From Candidatus Eremiobacteria bacterium (lineage in GTDB: Bacteria > Vulcanimicrobiota > Vulcanimicrobiia > Vulcanimicrobiales > Vulcanimicrobiaceae), in assembly GCA_963765935.1 (NCBI GenBank), contig CAVXXX010000001.1:1446304-1510303 (forward strand): a stretch of DNA of 64,000 bases, written 5' to 3'. The position numbers were made by a program, and so were the translations under genes. The notes under the pieces are model-generated. The model saw only the letters and a list, made by a program, of their open reading frames with translations. It made no database searches and was not told where the DNA came from. Below, piece by piece: positions 63,223 to 64,000 of the stretch. Every line of letters starts with the position of its first letter. Position 1 is the first letter of the stretch.

Positions 63223-64000
63223 AGTTTCGCTGCTCTGCGCTCCACGCGATAGAGTTCGGTTTGCGCGGACAGCCGTTCGAGGCGGAAGCCGGGAACGCTT
63301 CCTTCCGGCGTGCCGGCGATGAAGACGGGGCGGTGCACGCTCCACGCGTCCAACGCGCCGGCGGTTTCACCGAACCATGCCGAGACGATCGTCCGGTGAC
63401 CCACGGCGCGGTCGACGTACGCGCGATACGCGAGTGGCGGCGCGAGCGTCCAAGTTGCAACGACGATCGCGTCGTTCGGCGTGGCGCGTACTACCGCATC
63501 GGCTTGATCGGCTGCGCGCCGGTCAGCCGCCTGTCCTGAGATTGTCGGTTGCGTACAAACGAGCCACGCAACCACAAGCAGCACTGTTGCCTGCGCCGGA
63601 ATTCGCGCGACTCCGGTGCGCAGCGCACCGATCCAGTACCCGGCTACAATTGCGAGCGCGACGAACGCGGGCAGAAAGTAACGCGATGCATCAGATTCCT
63701 CGTGAAAGCCGAGCGCAAAGAGCGCAGGCGCGGCACCGGCCAGAACCAGCGCGGCGATACGGACTTCGTGCGCAAACCACGCGCGCACGACTCCGAAACC
63801 GGCGGCGATAAGCCCCAGCGGCGTCAGCTCGCGCACTACAAGTGCGAAAAACAAGGCCGCACCATCGAGGTATGCGTCGGTGGCATAGGCATGCAGCGCC
63901 GACGCAAGGTCAAGGTCATGCGCGAAGACGAGGTCAGCAAAGTTCTGCGGGACGACCGGATGATCGTAATCCCAAAATGCGTTACCCACGAGACCGAGCT
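63219..64000 (-). CDS. Large membrane protein, C-terminal part (5' end outside window), possibly DUF2723/GT-C-like
   Basis: The frame is open to the window edge. TM segments are followed by a soluble C-terminal domain (AVVRATPNDAIVVATWTLAPPLAYRAYVD...VFIAGTPEG). Confidence 0.5.
   Translation of the reverse strand, partial: LGLVGNAFWDYDHPVVPQNFADLVFAHDLDLASALHAYATDAYLDGAALFFALVVRELTPLGLIAAGFGVVRAWFAHEVRIAALVLAGAAPALFALGFHEESDASRYFLPAFVALAIVAGYWIGALRTGVARIPAQATVLLVVAWLVCTQPTISGQAADRRAADQADAVVRATPNDAIVVATWTLAPPLAYRAYVDRAVGHRTIVSAWFGETAGALDAWSVHRPVFIAGTPEGSVPGFRLERLSAQTELYRVERRAAKL

Overview
GC-rich chromosomal segment from a diderm bacterium. It has a TonB-type receptor, outer-membrane barrels and many lipoprotein signals of the type ...ACGGGG. 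The phylum cannot be fixed from sequence alone. I call about 75 protein genes, one tRNA-Leu(CAG), two decayed genes, one MITE and a small REP-like repeat family. I see no rRNA, CRISPR array, transposase, integrase or prophage genes. Many long ORFs in the six-frame track are antisense or out-of-frame artefacts of the high GC content. Gene order: (1) envelope-glycan locus, 1-8245: UDP-sugar dehydrogenase, D-glucuronyl C5-epimerase homologue, GT4, Wzy/O-antigen-ligase-like protein, two polytopic GT-C-like proteins, with a decayed methyltransferase and MFS gene in the middle. (2) Orphan LuxR regulator and two orphan ORFs. (3) pnp. (4) Two lipoprotein genes. (5) Housekeeping genes: racemase, VOC, aquaporin, ppa, SDR. 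(6) TonB-dependent receptor. (7) A co-directional periplasmic/outer-membrane redox cluster (TPR, PF03640-like lipoprotein, SCO1, cupredoxin, monohaem CxxCH-barrel protein), followed by an OmpR/kinase pair split by a MITE. (8) Three GNAT genes, then a UbiD/UbiA pair and a solute-binding protein. (9) A YtrA-type GntR-ABC operon with an upstream small ORF. (10) PAS-GGDEF, degenerate M48-RDD protein, CadC-TPR regulator, CBM9/DUF5916 protein. (11) AKR, lipid kinase, GNAT. (12) Tat-flavoprotein directly behind tRNA-Leu. (13) htrA-MFS-AIM24 operon. (14) A ku/ligD NHEJ operon containing a STAS (RsbV-like) gene and headed by two tiny membrane-protein genes. (15) RHH-VOC-methyltransferase operon and two further GT-C-like genes. 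Items most worth follow-up: the Cyc2-like cytochrome-porin/cupredoxin/SCO cluster, the STAS gene inside the NHEJ operon, the TA-flanked foldback MITE at the RR/HK junction, and two unannotated small ORFs sharing an F-x-GWGPK motif. All functional calls rest on motif recognition by eye; no database search was possible.
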